Under the pieces are notes generated by a model, which saw only the letters and a program-made list of their open reading frames with translations, ran no database searches and had not been told where the DNA came from. DNA of 24,395 nucleotides. Origin: an uncultured Candidatus Saccharibacteria bacterium (GTDB lineage: Bacteria > Patescibacteriota > Saccharimonadia > CAILAD01 > GCA-016700035). Made by a program: the position numbers and the translations under genes. Positions 14,998 through 24,395 of the stretch are shown piece by piece. Position 1 is the stretch's first letter. Each line of letters opens with the position of its first letter. The stretch spans positions 13,928 through 38,322 of the forward strand of contig CAZHOZ010000001.1 in NCBI GenBank assembly GCA_964533895.1, read 5' to 3'.

Positions 14998-15801
14998 TTA
15001 GCCGTCCGCATAAGATACTTCAGCAAAGATATTGCTGGTAGTAGTGGTACTAGGAATAAATAGCAGGAAAGGTACTGTGTTAGCAAACAGTTCAGGGAAG
15101 CCTCCAGTCAAAGCATCAATAGCATTTCCTGTATTATTATTGTTAAGCTCAAGAGCAGCAAGAATACGGTAAGCCACTAGATGCACAGTACCAGAAGTCC
15201 AGGTTGCAGACTGCTTATAGGTCTGAATACTCTGCACACCTACATCACCTGCTTGCAATCCAATCGGAAAAAAAGAGCCGACAGCAGAAGTAGCTCCAGT
15301 TGCTACTGTATTAACACCAGACCGCCCAGCAGTGCCTGCACTATTAGTATAAGAAAGAGTAAGCGTAGGAGTGCCTGCGCCTGTAGCAGCGCTGACTTCC
15401 AAACCGATTAATACATCCTCTCCATTGATAGAGGCATTAGAGTCTCTTGCTGGCCACGCTGCGCTGTTAACAGTCTGTGCAGCGGTACTGGTGATAGTAA
15501 TACCGCTATTGTGCCATAGGCGATCACAGAGAAGCAGTGTTCCACTAATAGTGGCCTGACCCAAAAAGCGAGATAGATAACGCTTACCTGCAGCAATACT
15601 GGGAAAAGGAATCTGACCTGAATAGCTAGTCAATGCTGCTCCTGCCATACCTGGACTGGGAGCTACAGCTGCTCCAGGAATCCCCGCAGTATAGAAAGGG
15701 GAAAAAGGACGCCCAGCTGTAAGGGTTCCGCTAAGCGCTTTATAGTAAGGCTTTGGAGGCTTAGCACCTGCAATAATGCCATCAATAGTTGTAATAGCCA
15801 T
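14998..15801 (-). CDS. Putative tail/appendage structural protein, paralog A (267 aa)
   Basis: GGAG RBS and TGATG overlap with the upstream gene; shares MAITT start and many identical blocks with paralog B. Confidence 0.75.
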   Translation of the reverse strand: MAITTIDGIIAGAKPPKPYYKALSGTLTAGRPFSPFYTAGIPGAAVAPSPGMAGAALTSYSGQIPFPSIAAGKRYLSRFLGQATISGTLLLCDRLWHNSGITITSTAAQTVNSAAWPARDSNASINGEDVLIGLEVSAATGAGTPTLTLSYTNSAGTAGRSGVNTVATGATSAVGSFFPIGLQAGDVGVQSIQTYKQSATWTSGTVHLVAYRILAALELNNNNTGNAIDALTGGFPELFANTVPFLLFIPSTTTTSNIFAEVSYADG

Positions 15802-16217
15802 CAAACTTTCTCCAAGTAACTGGGAGCAAAATCAACTCCATTTATATTTATTGATTCTCCAGACACACTATTGATTTCATAAGTATCTGGATAGGCGGCG
15901 TCAAAAGGAGCGAGCACTCGGACGGTATCTCCTACTGAAAATCCATCAAGAGTCTGATTAGGAATTACTGCAGGCTGCCCCAAAATATCTGAGGCAACCC
16001 TACCAGCATCCAGAAGACCAGCTTGTTCAAGTCCAATAAGGCCTTCAATTACTTCTTGATTCTCTGTATCAATACAAGTTCCATCAGCCTCAGGAGTAGC
16101 TGCATTAAATTTAGCCAGCCATACCTCTACAGCTACTGACACCTTAGCAGCAGAAAAGATGCGCCCCAACTCAGTGTCAGTAAATCTATTCATAAATGCA
16201 AGCCTAGAGTAGCGCAT
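15801..16217 (-). CDS. Tail-fibre-associated protein (138 aa) with C-terminal SH3/KOW-like segment
   Basis: AGAGGT RBS before ATG 16217, preferred over 16325. AFMNRFTDTE...GLIGLEQAGLL pattern is seen next to phage fibre genes; FSVGDTVRV at the C-terminus. Confidence 0.6.
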   Translation of the reverse strand: MRYSRLAFMNRFTDTELGRIFSAAKVSVAVEVWLAKFNAATPEADGTCIDTENQEVIEGLIGLEQAGLLDAGRVASDILGQPAVIPNQTLDGFSVGDTVRVLAPFDAAYPDTYEINSVSGESININGVDFAPSYLEKV

Positions 16218-16231
16218 CTCAATTACCTCTT

Positions 16232-16639
16232 TTAGATATTGATTACACCGTTGGTAGGATCTGGAGTAAATGTGAATGTATCTGCATTCGTACCATTCAT
16301 TACCACATTTGAACCATAATCCCAATAACCCATAACTTGGTTAGTAGTCTTATTTACCAGTGCAACGTAGCGGAAAGTAAAGCCGCCGCCAGATGCAGTC
16401 CACACAGCAGGGGCGGCAAGAATTAACTTATACACACCAGCAGATTCCGCACTAGATGTAGTTGCTACGTTAGCACCACCTGCAGTATAGCCACCAGCAG
16501 TTGCCAAATCAGTAGTGCCAGCAGTAAAGGAAAGTCCAGGAACAGTAGCACATAAAGCAAATGCCCACTGATCTGTGCCAGCATTTACTCCTTCTGCCAG
16601 AGCTTCGCGAGAGCCAGCGACAATATTATAAGTAGCCAT
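16232..16639 (-). CDS. Small virion structural protein (135 aa, GGYTAGG type)
   Basis: Ala/Gly/Thr-rich; GGYTAGG, WTASGG, FRYVAL, GYWDYG and TFTF motifs are typical of minor tail proteins. Confidence 0.7.
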   Translation of the reverse strand: MATYNIVAGSREALAEGVNAGTDQWAFALCATVPGLSFTAGTTDLATAGGYTAGGANVATTSSAESAGVYKLILAAPAVWTASGGGFTFRYVALVNKTTNQVMGYWDYGSNVVMNGTNADTFTFTPDPTNGVINI

Positions 16640-16665
16640 CTTGTAATTTCCCTATCAGGAGTGAA

Positions 16666-16860
16666 TTAAAAAATCGGAGGCAAATCAGCCAATTCAAGCT
16701 GACCGCTATAAGTTACAGGACTGGTCACATCAGCTTGCACCTCTGAGTCAGAGCCGTCATCGCCCGCATCATCTGCCATTTCCATTTCGAGTAGCATATC
16801 AAGTTTAGCTTCGATGCGCCCTTGATTCTTAATGATTTCATACAAAACAGGATCTTGCAT
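16666..16860 (-). CDS. Small acidic hypothetical protein (64 aa)
   Basis: GGAG RBS before ATG 16860 (MQDPVLY...); Asp/Glu-rich middle. Confidence 0.6.
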   Translation of the reverse strand: MQDPVLYEIIKNQGRIEAKLDMLLEMEMADDAGDDGSDSEVQADVTSPVTYSGQLELADLPPIF

Positions 16861-16873
16861 TTTATCTCTCCAA

Positions 16874-17077
16874 TTAGATATAAGTAAGAGAGGCCCTATC
16901 TGCCCAGACTGAGTTCCAAGCAGTATTGCCTCCTGCAAAAGCAATCTTAGTTATAGTTCCGGTTACAGTAATTCGGGTGATTCTCCAAATAGCTTTGGTT
17001 TCATCTGCGCCAGGCGCCGACTCCCCAATATAAATAAGATTGGCTGAAACTTCATCTACTACCAGAGCTCTACTCAT
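16874..17077 (-). CDS. Small putative virion protein (67 aa, YIGESAPG..WRI..W..R.SLTY type)
   Basis: GGAGG RBS before ATG 17077 (MSRALVV...); overlaps the stop of the 1564-aa gene. Confidence 0.7.
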   Translation of the reverse strand: MSRALVVDEVSANLIYIGESAPGADETKAIWRITRITVTGTITKIAFAGGNTAWNSVWADRASLTYI

Positions 17078-20000
17078 TAGCCATATCCTCCAATCTGTAG
17101 CCACCCATGATAACCTGCATATTCTGTGCTATTGGATTCTTCAGGTCAGCGGCCAATTGATTAGCGGTAGATACTTTAGCAGATTTCATTTGGCGCATCA
17201 TGAATTTAGTGAACTGCTCCTGCTTTCCCCCTCGCGCTACATACTCACGCATGAAACCGTTCAGAGATTCTTGATCTAAACTATCGGTTTGGATCTTAGT
17301 CTTAATAGCTTCTCCCAACAGATTGATCTCAGCACTCTTAGCGGAACTGTAAGCACGAATGCGGTAGACTGCATCATTGGCAATTGCTTCATCTAAAGGA
17401 CGTCCGCCTGACATGCGTGCAAATGTAGTCAGACTGAATAGATCATTAGCACCAATAATACTTCCTTTGCTGGTGGTACTGTAAGATTTCATCTGTGGAT
17501 TTCCGAAAGCCTCTGCCGTTTGAGCAAGTCCAGCTAATGGTCTGGAAATACCTGCATGCTCGATGCCCTGCAAAAAGCTAGAGTATACATCACCCCCTGC
17601 TTTGATCTTACTTGCAGTCTCCATGATACTAGAGAACATTTTACTGACCGCTCCGACAACAGGAATGTCTGCAGGATTAGTAGGAATAACAGTGACTTGT
17701 CTAGGATTGATGTCTCCTCGCGAATACAGGTTCACTTTAAGGTCAGGATGCAAAAAGAGCTGACTTGCAGTTCCATACAGCAACCAATCTCCGGCCTGCT
17801 TATTAGTAATACCATAAGTGCTGGAGATAATATCATTGTGTGCAGTATTTCCAGAAGCATTACCAATGATGTGTGTATTGATAGCATTAAATGCTGGCAA
17901 ACCGTTCATGCCATATACAGTACCTTGCAGTCCCAAGAGCATAGCAGCTGACTTATTATTACCCTCTCCCACATAGCGGAAAAGTTGCTGCATCAAATTA
18001 AATTGATACGTTTGAAATAGACCAACTGCTTGACCGAGCGGACCTTGGAAAAGCATTGGCCGCTGATTAGCAATATAATTACCATTGGTCCGATTTACAA
18101 AAGTATTGATATAAGACAATTGATCGTCTGCAGTAATTACTCCATACTTGATGCCAAGATCAGAGATACGTTTTGCTGTGTATGCAGATACAAAGCGATT
18201 CATATTTTCCACGCCTTGGTTAAGCCCTGTAACAGGTTTGGCAAGAGTCTTTACTGCATCCTTCATCTGGCCCATACGCTTAACTAACTCTCCCGGAGCT
18301 TCTAGTCCAGTAAGAGTGGCCGCATTCATGATGGTGCGTTCTTGCTCAATGAGATCAGGAAGCCAACCATGCTGCTTAAAGAACACTTCGAGTTGCTTCA
18401 TGTCATCAGCACCAGCCAGCAATTTCGCATAAGCGGAATATGCATCGGCAGCCAGTTTGCTAGGAGATGTAATTGCTCCTAATTCTTTGCCCGGAATAGA
18501 GATTTGAGCAAGTCCAGCCAATTCTCCAGCAGCCTCTTTATTTCCCTTGACAATGTTCTTAATCAGATCGCGCGTTTCTGTCCCATAAAGAATGGTATGA
18601 CCAACCCCGTTGTTAACTGCATTTAGTGGATCACTACGCAGCATAAGGAAACTAAGAGCAGAATTCGCCTTACGGATGAATTCCTCCAATACTGGCCGCG
18701 GCGCTGAATGGTTAGCCAGAAGCATCGTGGCCGGATCAGTGAAATTAGCACTGATTCCTGCCTCTTTAAGCATCCCAGAAACGCGATTCAGCTCTGCCTC
18801 TGCCGGGGCCGTGGCCACAGCATCAGTTAGTTTAGCATACAGAGAACTAACACCGTTTTCCAAAAGTCTATTCAATGGAGTCCAGATCGGATACTCTTCT
18901 TTACTGGACACATCCAGCATAGTCTTTACGTAATCACGATAAGGATTCTTTACAGAATCGCCTGCATACTTACCTGCGTAAGACTTGGTACTGCTAGCAA
19001 TAGCATCGTGAGATTTAGCAAGTTGCTCCAAAGACTCTATTTCTGGGGCATACTTCATTTTAATCCACTCACGCATATCTCCAATATCAGCTTGCTTCCG
19101 CCAAGAGAGCATATCCATCATGATCTTCTTGGCATCAGTCTCGGCAAAGTAAGGAGCACTTACACCAGTGCGAGCCAGCGCAGAATCAATATAATTTTCA
19201 TTGATCCCCAAGCCAAATTCATAATCTTGCATAGCCTTATGAAATTCTTCGGATTGATTCTTGAAAATTACTTTAAGTCCATCCTGTTGATTTACTTTTC
19301 CTGCAAGCTGCTCCAGCTTAGATTGATCCGCAGCATGGATCATACGGACATGGCCAGTGCCAGTCACAGTAGGATCAACTACAAAAGCAAAGAAAGGATA
19401 GTCTTTAGGGCTAGGAGGCGCTACATAGAAGGTGCCGCGCAGATCCTGACCCTTAGTACCTAGAGCATAGGCATTCCTAGCCATGCGAGATTCCAGCATG
19501 CTATCATTATGATCAATCCAAGTACGCAAGAATTGCTTTGCTGCGTCAGATTGAATGACGAGCTCAGTGGGGCTATTCATGTCTAGCAAAGCCGGGGCTG
19601 CGCCGTCTCCCTTATCAATAGCCGCTTGTACTTTAGACATACGCAAGATGCCATCATCCGTGAGAATAAGTTTCTCAGGAGTGCCTCGCATATAGTTGAC
19701 AGCTTTAATAATATCATCCTGTGCTTTGCTATCATTAAGGACTTGATAGGCAAGTGGGAAGAACTTTTCTTCCACAACGGCTGTGCGCTGTGCTTTGCCC
19801 TTATTAGCTACTGCACCGATCTGCTGTGTTATAGAGCCAAGAGTCCCGTAATTCTCGTTCTGGATACTGAACATACCGCCGCCCGGACCCATGCGAGAGG
19901 ACGCAAGAATAGCTTTGTCACCAATAGAAATTGGCAACATATCATTCAGCTCTCCAAGATATTTCTCAGAAGCGAAATTAACAGCCTGTCTCAATTCTTT

Positions 20001-21764
20001 TTGAGCTGCCTTGGCATGTGTGACTGCATCCATCACGAATCCAGATTCATCCATACCCGGTTTGATGTCGTAAGCTAGCTTGGCATACTGTGGCTTGGCA
20101 TAGGCGCCAGACTCGACTGCTTGCTTATAGTCTGTTGCAATCCAATCAGACATAGCGTTAGTTGTCTTAGCTTCACCTTCCAGGAGAGATTGCTTAACAT
20201 TGACTCGCTTGGCAATTTCCTCTGTAGTCATCTCAGGAAAACTCTCACCAAGAATATAAGCCTGCTTAAGCTTAGTCTCTTGTAGATACTTAGCCATATC
20301 TCGCTGTGGAATATGCGTGCCATTAGTCAGAGTGAAGCCATCCGCACCCTCTGCATAAAGACGCTCAAGTAGCGGTAAATCATTAGCAGATACAGTCTCA
20401 GGCAGTTTCTTGAGATTCTGTGCCCAGATATTACGTGCTTCAACTTCAAGATGATCAGATGCAACAGCAGGACTCCAAGTAGAATCCGGCTTGAATTTAA
20501 ATTTACTCACTGCTTGATCGACAGCTTTAGCATTAGGAACAGTGTCTGCAATACTCAATACAGCTGGAGCATCATGAGAAACCTGCATAGCCTTTTCCCC
20601 AGACAGTTTCACATAAGCTATACCTAGATTTACGTCCTTACCTTTCTTGGCAGCTAATTCTACTGGAGTCAGCCGCTTAATACCTGCCCGAGAAATATTC
20701 TGTAGATGCTCTATATTACCTACAGTAGTTTCATAAGGAGCAGCAATCAGGCTATCAGTAAATAGATTACCCAGCTCCGAATCCTTGACTAGCCTATTGA
20801 CTTCTGTACGAATATTATTGGTAATGGTATTCTGACGCTCAGTGACTTTCTTAGCGAAGGCAGTGCCAATCTCAGGAATAGCGTCAGCAGGAGCGACAGG
20901 TGGATGATTCAAATCGTAAAGAGCAGTGACCAGCTTATGGCTAGAGGCAAGAGTCTCCTCTGTAGGAGAGAATAGAGATGCAGGATTGATAAGACGATCT
21001 GCAGACTTGATGCCAGCTTTCACTGAGCCGATAGTTTTAGCAGCTACAAAAGAGCCTTGCAGTGCAGCGCCAACACCGCCGCCCCACACAGAGTTCCAGA
21101 AAATATCAGAGGCATCTTGTTTTTCAAACAGCGGGCTATTGCTCATAGCTAATTGCCCTGCAGCCATAAAAGCAGCAGATTCAAGCGACGCTTGTGCATA
21201 ACCAGCAGCTACGGATTTCAATACATTAGCATTCAGTAGAGAGAAAGACTGAGAGACTGCGGCCATCTTTTGACCTGCTGCGAATCCCATACTATTTGCA
21301 TAAGTAGGCAACAGGCCGATGTGAGCAGCCAAATTAAATCCGGTCTTACCTGCACTAGCAGCAGCCAGAGCTTTCTGCCCCAGATTCAATACCTTTACCC
21401 CAGCCATGCCTGGAATAAAAGAGGCAGCAATATCTCCCACAAGATCAATTGATCCGTGGTTTGCTTGATAATAGTCTGCCAAATTGTTGTCAAATTTACT
21501 AATTACGTCATAGGTATCAAGGGTCTCTACAGAGCCACCTAGCCAATTGATAGCTTCTGGAACGATGTTATATATCGAAGTGACTGCCCTGGCCGCGGCC
21601 GATACTGCGAATCTACCAACATCGCTGATGGATTCGATAGCAGAAGCGCCGCTAGCCACTTGATGATTGTTAGCTGCAATAAGATATGAAGGAATCCCAT
21701 ATCCCGCAGGCTCTTGAGAGCCAAGTGTATCTTGACCTGAAGAAAAGAAGTCATCTAATGACAT
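17070..21764 (-). CDS. Large internal virion / DNA ejection protein (1564 aa)
   Basis: Ala-rich and largely helical, with a hydrophobic Gly/Ala segment near the N-terminus. C-terminal region (RPMLFQGPLGQAVGLFQTYQFN) resembles large podovirus core proteins. Third of three size-increasing genes. Confidence 0.7.
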   Translation of the reverse strand: MSLDDFFSSGQDTLGSQEPAGYGIPSYLIAANNHQVASGASAIESISDVGRFAVSAAARAVTSIYNIVPEAINWLGGSVETLDTYDVISKFDNNLADYYQANHGSIDLVGDIAASFIPGMAGVKVLNLGQKALAAASAGKTGFNLAAHIGLLPTYANSMGFAAGQKMAAVSQSFSLLNANVLKSVAAGYAQASLESAAFMAAGQLAMSNSPLFEKQDASDIFWNSVWGGGVGAALQGSFVAAKTIGSVKAGIKSADRLINPASLFSPTEETLASSHKLVTALYDLNHPPVAPADAIPEIGTAFAKKVTERQNTITNNIRTEVNRLVKDSELGNLFTDSLIAAPYETTVGNIEHLQNISRAGIKRLTPVELAAKKGKDVNLGIAYVKLSGEKAMQVSHDAPAVLSIADTVPNAKAVDQAVSKFKFKPDSTWSPAVASDHLEVEARNIWAQNLKKLPETVSANDLPLLERLYAEGADGFTLTNGTHIPQRDMAKYLQETKLKQAYILGESFPEMTTEEIAKRVNVKQSLLEGEAKTTNAMSDWIATDYKQAVESGAYAKPQYAKLAYDIKPGMDESGFVMDAVTHAKAAQKELRQAVNFASEKYLGELNDMLPISIGDKAILASSRMGPGGGMFSIQNENYGTLGSITQQIGAVANKGKAQRTAVVEEKFFPLAYQVLNDSKAQDDIIKAVNYMRGTPEKLILTDDGILRMSKVQAAIDKGDGAAPALLDMNSPTELVIQSDAAKQFLRTWIDHNDSMLESRMARNAYALGTKGQDLRGTFYVAPPSPKDYPFFAFVVDPTVTGTGHVRMIHAADQSKLEQLAGKVNQQDGLKVIFKNQSEEFHKAMQDYEFGLGINENYIDSALARTGVSAPYFAETDAKKIMMDMLSWRKQADIGDMREWIKMKYAPEIESLEQLAKSHDAIASSTKSYAGKYAGDSVKNPYRDYVKTMLDVSSKEEYPIWTPLNRLLENGVSSLYAKLTDAVATAPAEAELNRVSGMLKEAGISANFTDPATMLLANHSAPRPVLEEFIRKANSALSFLMLRSDPLNAVNNGVGHTILYGTETRDLIKNIVKGNKEAAGELAGLAQISIPGKELGAITSPSKLAADAYSAYAKLLAGADDMKQLEVFFKQHGWLPDLIEQERTIMNAATLTGLEAPGELVKRMGQMKDAVKTLAKPVTGLNQGVENMNRFVSAYTAKRISDLGIKYGVITADDQLSYINTFVNRTNGNYIANQRPMLFQGPLGQAVGLFQTYQFNLMQQLFRYVGEGNNKSAAMLLGLQGTVYGMNGLPAFNAINTHIIGNASGNTAHNDIISSTYGITNKQAGDWLLYGTASQLFLHPDLKVNLYSRGDINPRQVTVIPTNPADIPVVGAVSKMFSSIMETASKIKAGGDVYSSFLQGIEHAGISRPLAGLAQTAEAFGNPQMKSYSTTSKGSIIGANDLFSLTTFARMSGGRPLDEAIANDAVYRIRAYSSAKSAEINLLGEAIKTKIQTDSLDQESLNGFMREYVARGGKQEQFTKFMMRQMKSAKVSTANQLAADLKNPIAQNMQVIMGGYRLEDMANE

Positions 21765-21770
21765 ATTTAA

Positions 21771-23456
21771 TTACTCCACATTGGGATAAACTAGATTCAT
21801 GCGACGAGCTGCTTCTGGATCTAGCCCCTGTTGATTAAATCTATATACAGAATCATAGACGAGTCTAGCTTGGGCAGCAGTGTGATAAGATAGAACTGAC
21901 TCAGGTCGCGCGAAATCGATCTTATCCTTATCCAAACGGTTCGAGGAGAATACACTACTGATCTCTGCTACATAACCAGGACGATAGGGAAAACCAAATT
22001 TGCCTAGCCCTTTGCTGGTATATGCTTGAGCAGCTGCAGTTTTATAGAAATCAGACAGGCCAAGTACGAGTTGTTTGTCAGTGATAACTCCACGTTGGAC
22101 TGCGGCTGTAGCCAACTTATACACTTGCTCCGGGCTACTGCTAGTTACTCCTGCCTCTACAGCAGGTTTAAACACTGCTTCATACAGAGGATTGTTTCGT
22201 ACTGCAGGAAGAGCAGCTAATTCAGGCAAAGGGGCTGCTTTATAAATGCTGCCAGGAGCTTCTGCATTGAGAGCTGCTTTATATTCCAAGCCAAGACGCT
22301 CATTTCGCTTACCTGTCTTAGGATCAACTGGACCAAATAAACGAGTATTAACTTCTTTAGCAAGAGCAGCTTTGCCTTGAGGGGTTACTAAATCTTTGTC
22401 CTGAATTCCCTGTGTTCTAAGAACTGATATAGCTTCTTGTGTAACATTACTAAGGAAATCTCTTGCTTGTTTATTTTCAGATCCTTGCAATCCCTGCACT
22501 TGCAAGGTATTTATGATGGCCTCTCCTGGGGTAGCACCTACTGAACTAGAGCCAGTAGCGAGTACGGCCATCCCCTGATCGAAAAGACCATTGAATACTT
22601 CCCGCTGTGCAGGTGATTTCATCATCATCTTAATAGTGGCAAGAGATAGTTGCGGCTTCTGAAATGCAGCCGCTCCCACATTAACAATGCGCACCATCTG
22701 CTCATCTTCCAACTCTTCTACCTTGATCTTATTCATTTGCGCAGCATGCATTTCAGATGCGCGAGCATTAGCTGCATCAGCAAGTCTCATGGAATGCTGT
22801 TGCATAAGCATGCTCATTGCCTTAGAATTACCTTCTGCAAGAATCTTATAGCCATCGGAGTCATAGCCAAGTGCCTCAATCTTCTGCTTATTCAGCAGAT
22901 CATCTAATTGAGCGCGTTGGATCACAGCCTCTTTAGCAATAGACTCCTTGGTCATTGTTTGCTTAGTGGCCTGAGCGGCCGCTGCAGATGCAGAGGTCAA
23001 TGCCTGCATGTTTTGAATAGTCCTCACAGACTCGTCAGCAATACTCTCAGTCGCTTTAAGGGCATTGGCCTCATCCGGAATTAGCACTTGATTAACAAGG
23101 AATTCCAGAGGATTGTCAAAGAAGCCAACTTGCTGGCGCTCTGCCAGTTGCTGACGCTGTTCCCGTGCTTTCAGAGTGCTCTCACGGAAATCCTGAACCA
23201 TAATAGACATTACGCTATTAGGATCATTGATATCATTCCCAAGCTGTTGAGCTGTACGGATGGCACGCTGCTGTGCATCAAACTCACCTTGACGTTTTTG
23301 TGCAGCAACATCCATTACATCCTGAACTACTTGCTGGCCACGCTCAATATTCTCATTAGCCAGCAATTTCTTCTTATCATTAATATCCACTTGAGCCTGA
23401 GTATTCATCCCCAGCGCAGCAATCATTTCAGTAATTTGTTGATCTAGGGATGCCAT
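21771..23456 (-). CDS. Putative internal virion / ejection protein (561 aa)
   Basis: GGAG RBS; Gln/Ala-rich coiled-coil N-terminal half; no Cys; position upstream of the large core protein. Confidence 0.65.
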   Translation of the reverse strand: MASLDQQITEMIAALGMNTQAQVDINDKKKLLANENIERGQQVVQDVMDVAAQKRQGEFDAQQRAIRTAQQLGNDINDPNSVMSIMVQDFRESTLKAREQRQQLAERQQVGFFDNPLEFLVNQVLIPDEANALKATESIADESVRTIQNMQALTSASAAAAQATKQTMTKESIAKEAVIQRAQLDDLLNKQKIEALGYDSDGYKILAEGNSKAMSMLMQQHSMRLADAANARASEMHAAQMNKIKVEELEDEQMVRIVNVGAAAFQKPQLSLATIKMMMKSPAQREVFNGLFDQGMAVLATGSSSVGATPGEAIINTLQVQGLQGSENKQARDFLSNVTQEAISVLRTQGIQDKDLVTPQGKAALAKEVNTRLFGPVDPKTGKRNERLGLEYKAALNAEAPGSIYKAAPLPELAALPAVRNNPLYEAVFKPAVEAGVTSSSPEQVYKLATAAVQRGVITDKQLVLGLSDFYKTAAAQAYTSKGLGKFGFPYRPGYVAEISSVFSSNRLDKDKIDFARPESVLSYHTAAQARLVYDSVYRFNQQGLDPEAARRMNLVYPNVE

Positions 23457-23475
23457 ACTGTATCTCCAATTTCAA

Positions 23476-24395
23476 TTAAAGGTAAGGCGTAAAAGCGCCT
23501 GCATTAGATTTTACTGCACTGAAGAGCTGGTCGCGATAAGCATCTAAAGCAGCTTGCAGTGTGCTATAAGCCCCTTGAGTCTTGACTCCTCCCAATACAG
23601 AATCAGAGTCAATTCCAAAGGCGTCAGCATAGTGAGTTGCCTGATCGTATATACGAGAACTATATTGATTAAAAGCGTCAATAGTAGATTTCTCTAGCGC
23701 ATACTGATCTTCCCATCTGCCACTGCCACTAGTCTGACCATAGACTGCATAGACGGGATCATAAAGAGCAGTAGCTCCTCCGAATTCACCCAAAGCCTGA
23801 TCGGTGAATGGATCACGCGCATTTCCTCTGAGTTTGGACAAGGCCTTACTGCCTGCAAAAACTTGAGATGCTGGAACAAGGTATCTAGTGCCAACCTCGT
23901 CATTAGCTCTTAGCTCCACTGGAGCATTCACTCGATCATACTCCTCCTGCAAAGCCTTTGCTCTAGCAGTTACTTTAGCAGTCAGTTCTGGATTAGAGTC
24001 GCCAAATTCAGCATCCTGTAGTCCATAGGCACCGCTCTTACTGACTCCGAGAATATACAGCTTAGTGTCAGCGTTGTCGTGCGGATCTTCCGAAGAGCCA
24101 CCAAAAATGCTACTGACAGCACCGCCCAAAAATCCACCGATAGCTCCACCTACAGGGCCGCCAATACTACCGCCGATATAAGTACCAACAGCCTGCAAAG
24201 CTGCGGCTTGATAATCACCTTGGGCAGCGGAAATAACTGAGCCTGCATAAGGTAAAACTTGATCAATTGTACTTGTTGAGGCTCCCGCAGCAGGAGCTGA
24301 AAAAGAGAGGCTGCCTCCGTTAGCTAATGCATTGGCCGCCTTGTACAATTGATAGCCACTGGTTCCAACTCCAATAGCAGATAGCAAATCATTGC
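23476..24395 (-). CDS. Putative ejection/pilot protein with glycine-zipper segment (5' end outside window)
   Basis: GTYIGGSIGGPVGGAIGGFLGGAVSSIFGG GxxxG array; frame stays open to the window edge. Confidence 0.65.
   Translation of the reverse strand, partial: NDLLSAIGVGTSGYQLYKAANALANGGSLSFSAPAAGASTSTIDQVLPYAGSVISAAQGDYQAAALQAVGTYIGGSIGGPVGGAIGGFLGGAVSSIFGGSSEDPHDNADTKLYILGVSKSGAYGLQDAEFGDSNPELTAKVTARAKALQEEYDRVNAPVELRANDEVGTRYLVPASQVFAGSKALSKLRGNARDPFTDQALGEFGGATALYDPVYAVYGQTSGSGRWEDQYALEKSTIDAFNQYSSRIYDQATHYADAFGIDSDSVLGGVKTQGAYSTLQAALDAYRDQLFSAVKSNAGAFTPYL

Noticed and set aside
14192..15801. Paralog pair as a diversity-generating retroelement TR/VR or an invertible tail-fibre switch
   Set aside because: Both are full ORFs in the same orientation and differences are not adenine-specific. 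No reverse transcriptase, invertase or inverted crossover sites were seen.
16666..16700. C-terminus ELADLPPIF of the 64-aa acidic protein as an SSB-tail mimic, sharing LADLP with the SSB-like N-terminus
   Set aside because: The match is only five residues and the gene is in the late structural block; too weak to support.
17070..21764. Large protein as an N4-type virion RNA polymerase
   Set aside because: It is less than half the expected size and no T7-like RNAP catalytic motifs were recognised.
17040..23447. Numerous + strand ORFs opposite the virion genes (and - strand ORFs opposite the early genes)
   Set aside because: They are antisense shadows of long genes, lack RBSs and have atypical composition.
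1..24395. Stop-codon reassignment, tRNA genes, introns or inteins
   Set aside because: Genes are intact and densely packed under the standard code with all three stops used. No cloverleaf was found in the short intergenic gaps, and the polymerase and helicase motifs are uninterrupted.

Overview
A ~24 kb segment of a tailed dsDNA bacteriophage genome, probably podovirus-like with a Gram-negative host. Two gene blocks converge on a bidirectional terminator at ~13361-13420. The + strand (1-13340) is an early/replication block. It holds the end of a RecD-like helicase, a small lipoprotein, a strong sigma70 promoter, a Cas4/AddB-like Fe-S nuclease, a Sak4-like AAA ATPase, a free-standing HNH endonuclease and a DUF669-like ssDNA-binding protein. 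These are followed by a GC-richer cluster of small accessory genes (NinX/DUF2591 etc.), a wHTH protein, a family A DNA polymerase, a DUF3987-type helicase, dCTP deaminase and a DEDDh exonuclease. The - strand (13433-24395) is a virion block: three probable internal/ejection proteins (1564, 561 and >303 aa), then a tail-appendage module with two tandem 267-aa paralogs and a 22-aa repeat protein. The most notable observations are: an identical-type C-terminal motif VSA[D/E]DF on two unrelated proteins; two long G-U-containing RNA hairpins directly after two putatively highly expressed genes; a PolA with His at the E. coli F762 position and a degenerate UDG-like N-terminus; and a 17-bp direct repeat bracketing part of the accessory cluster. 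All functional calls come from motif recognition by eye; no database searches were run.
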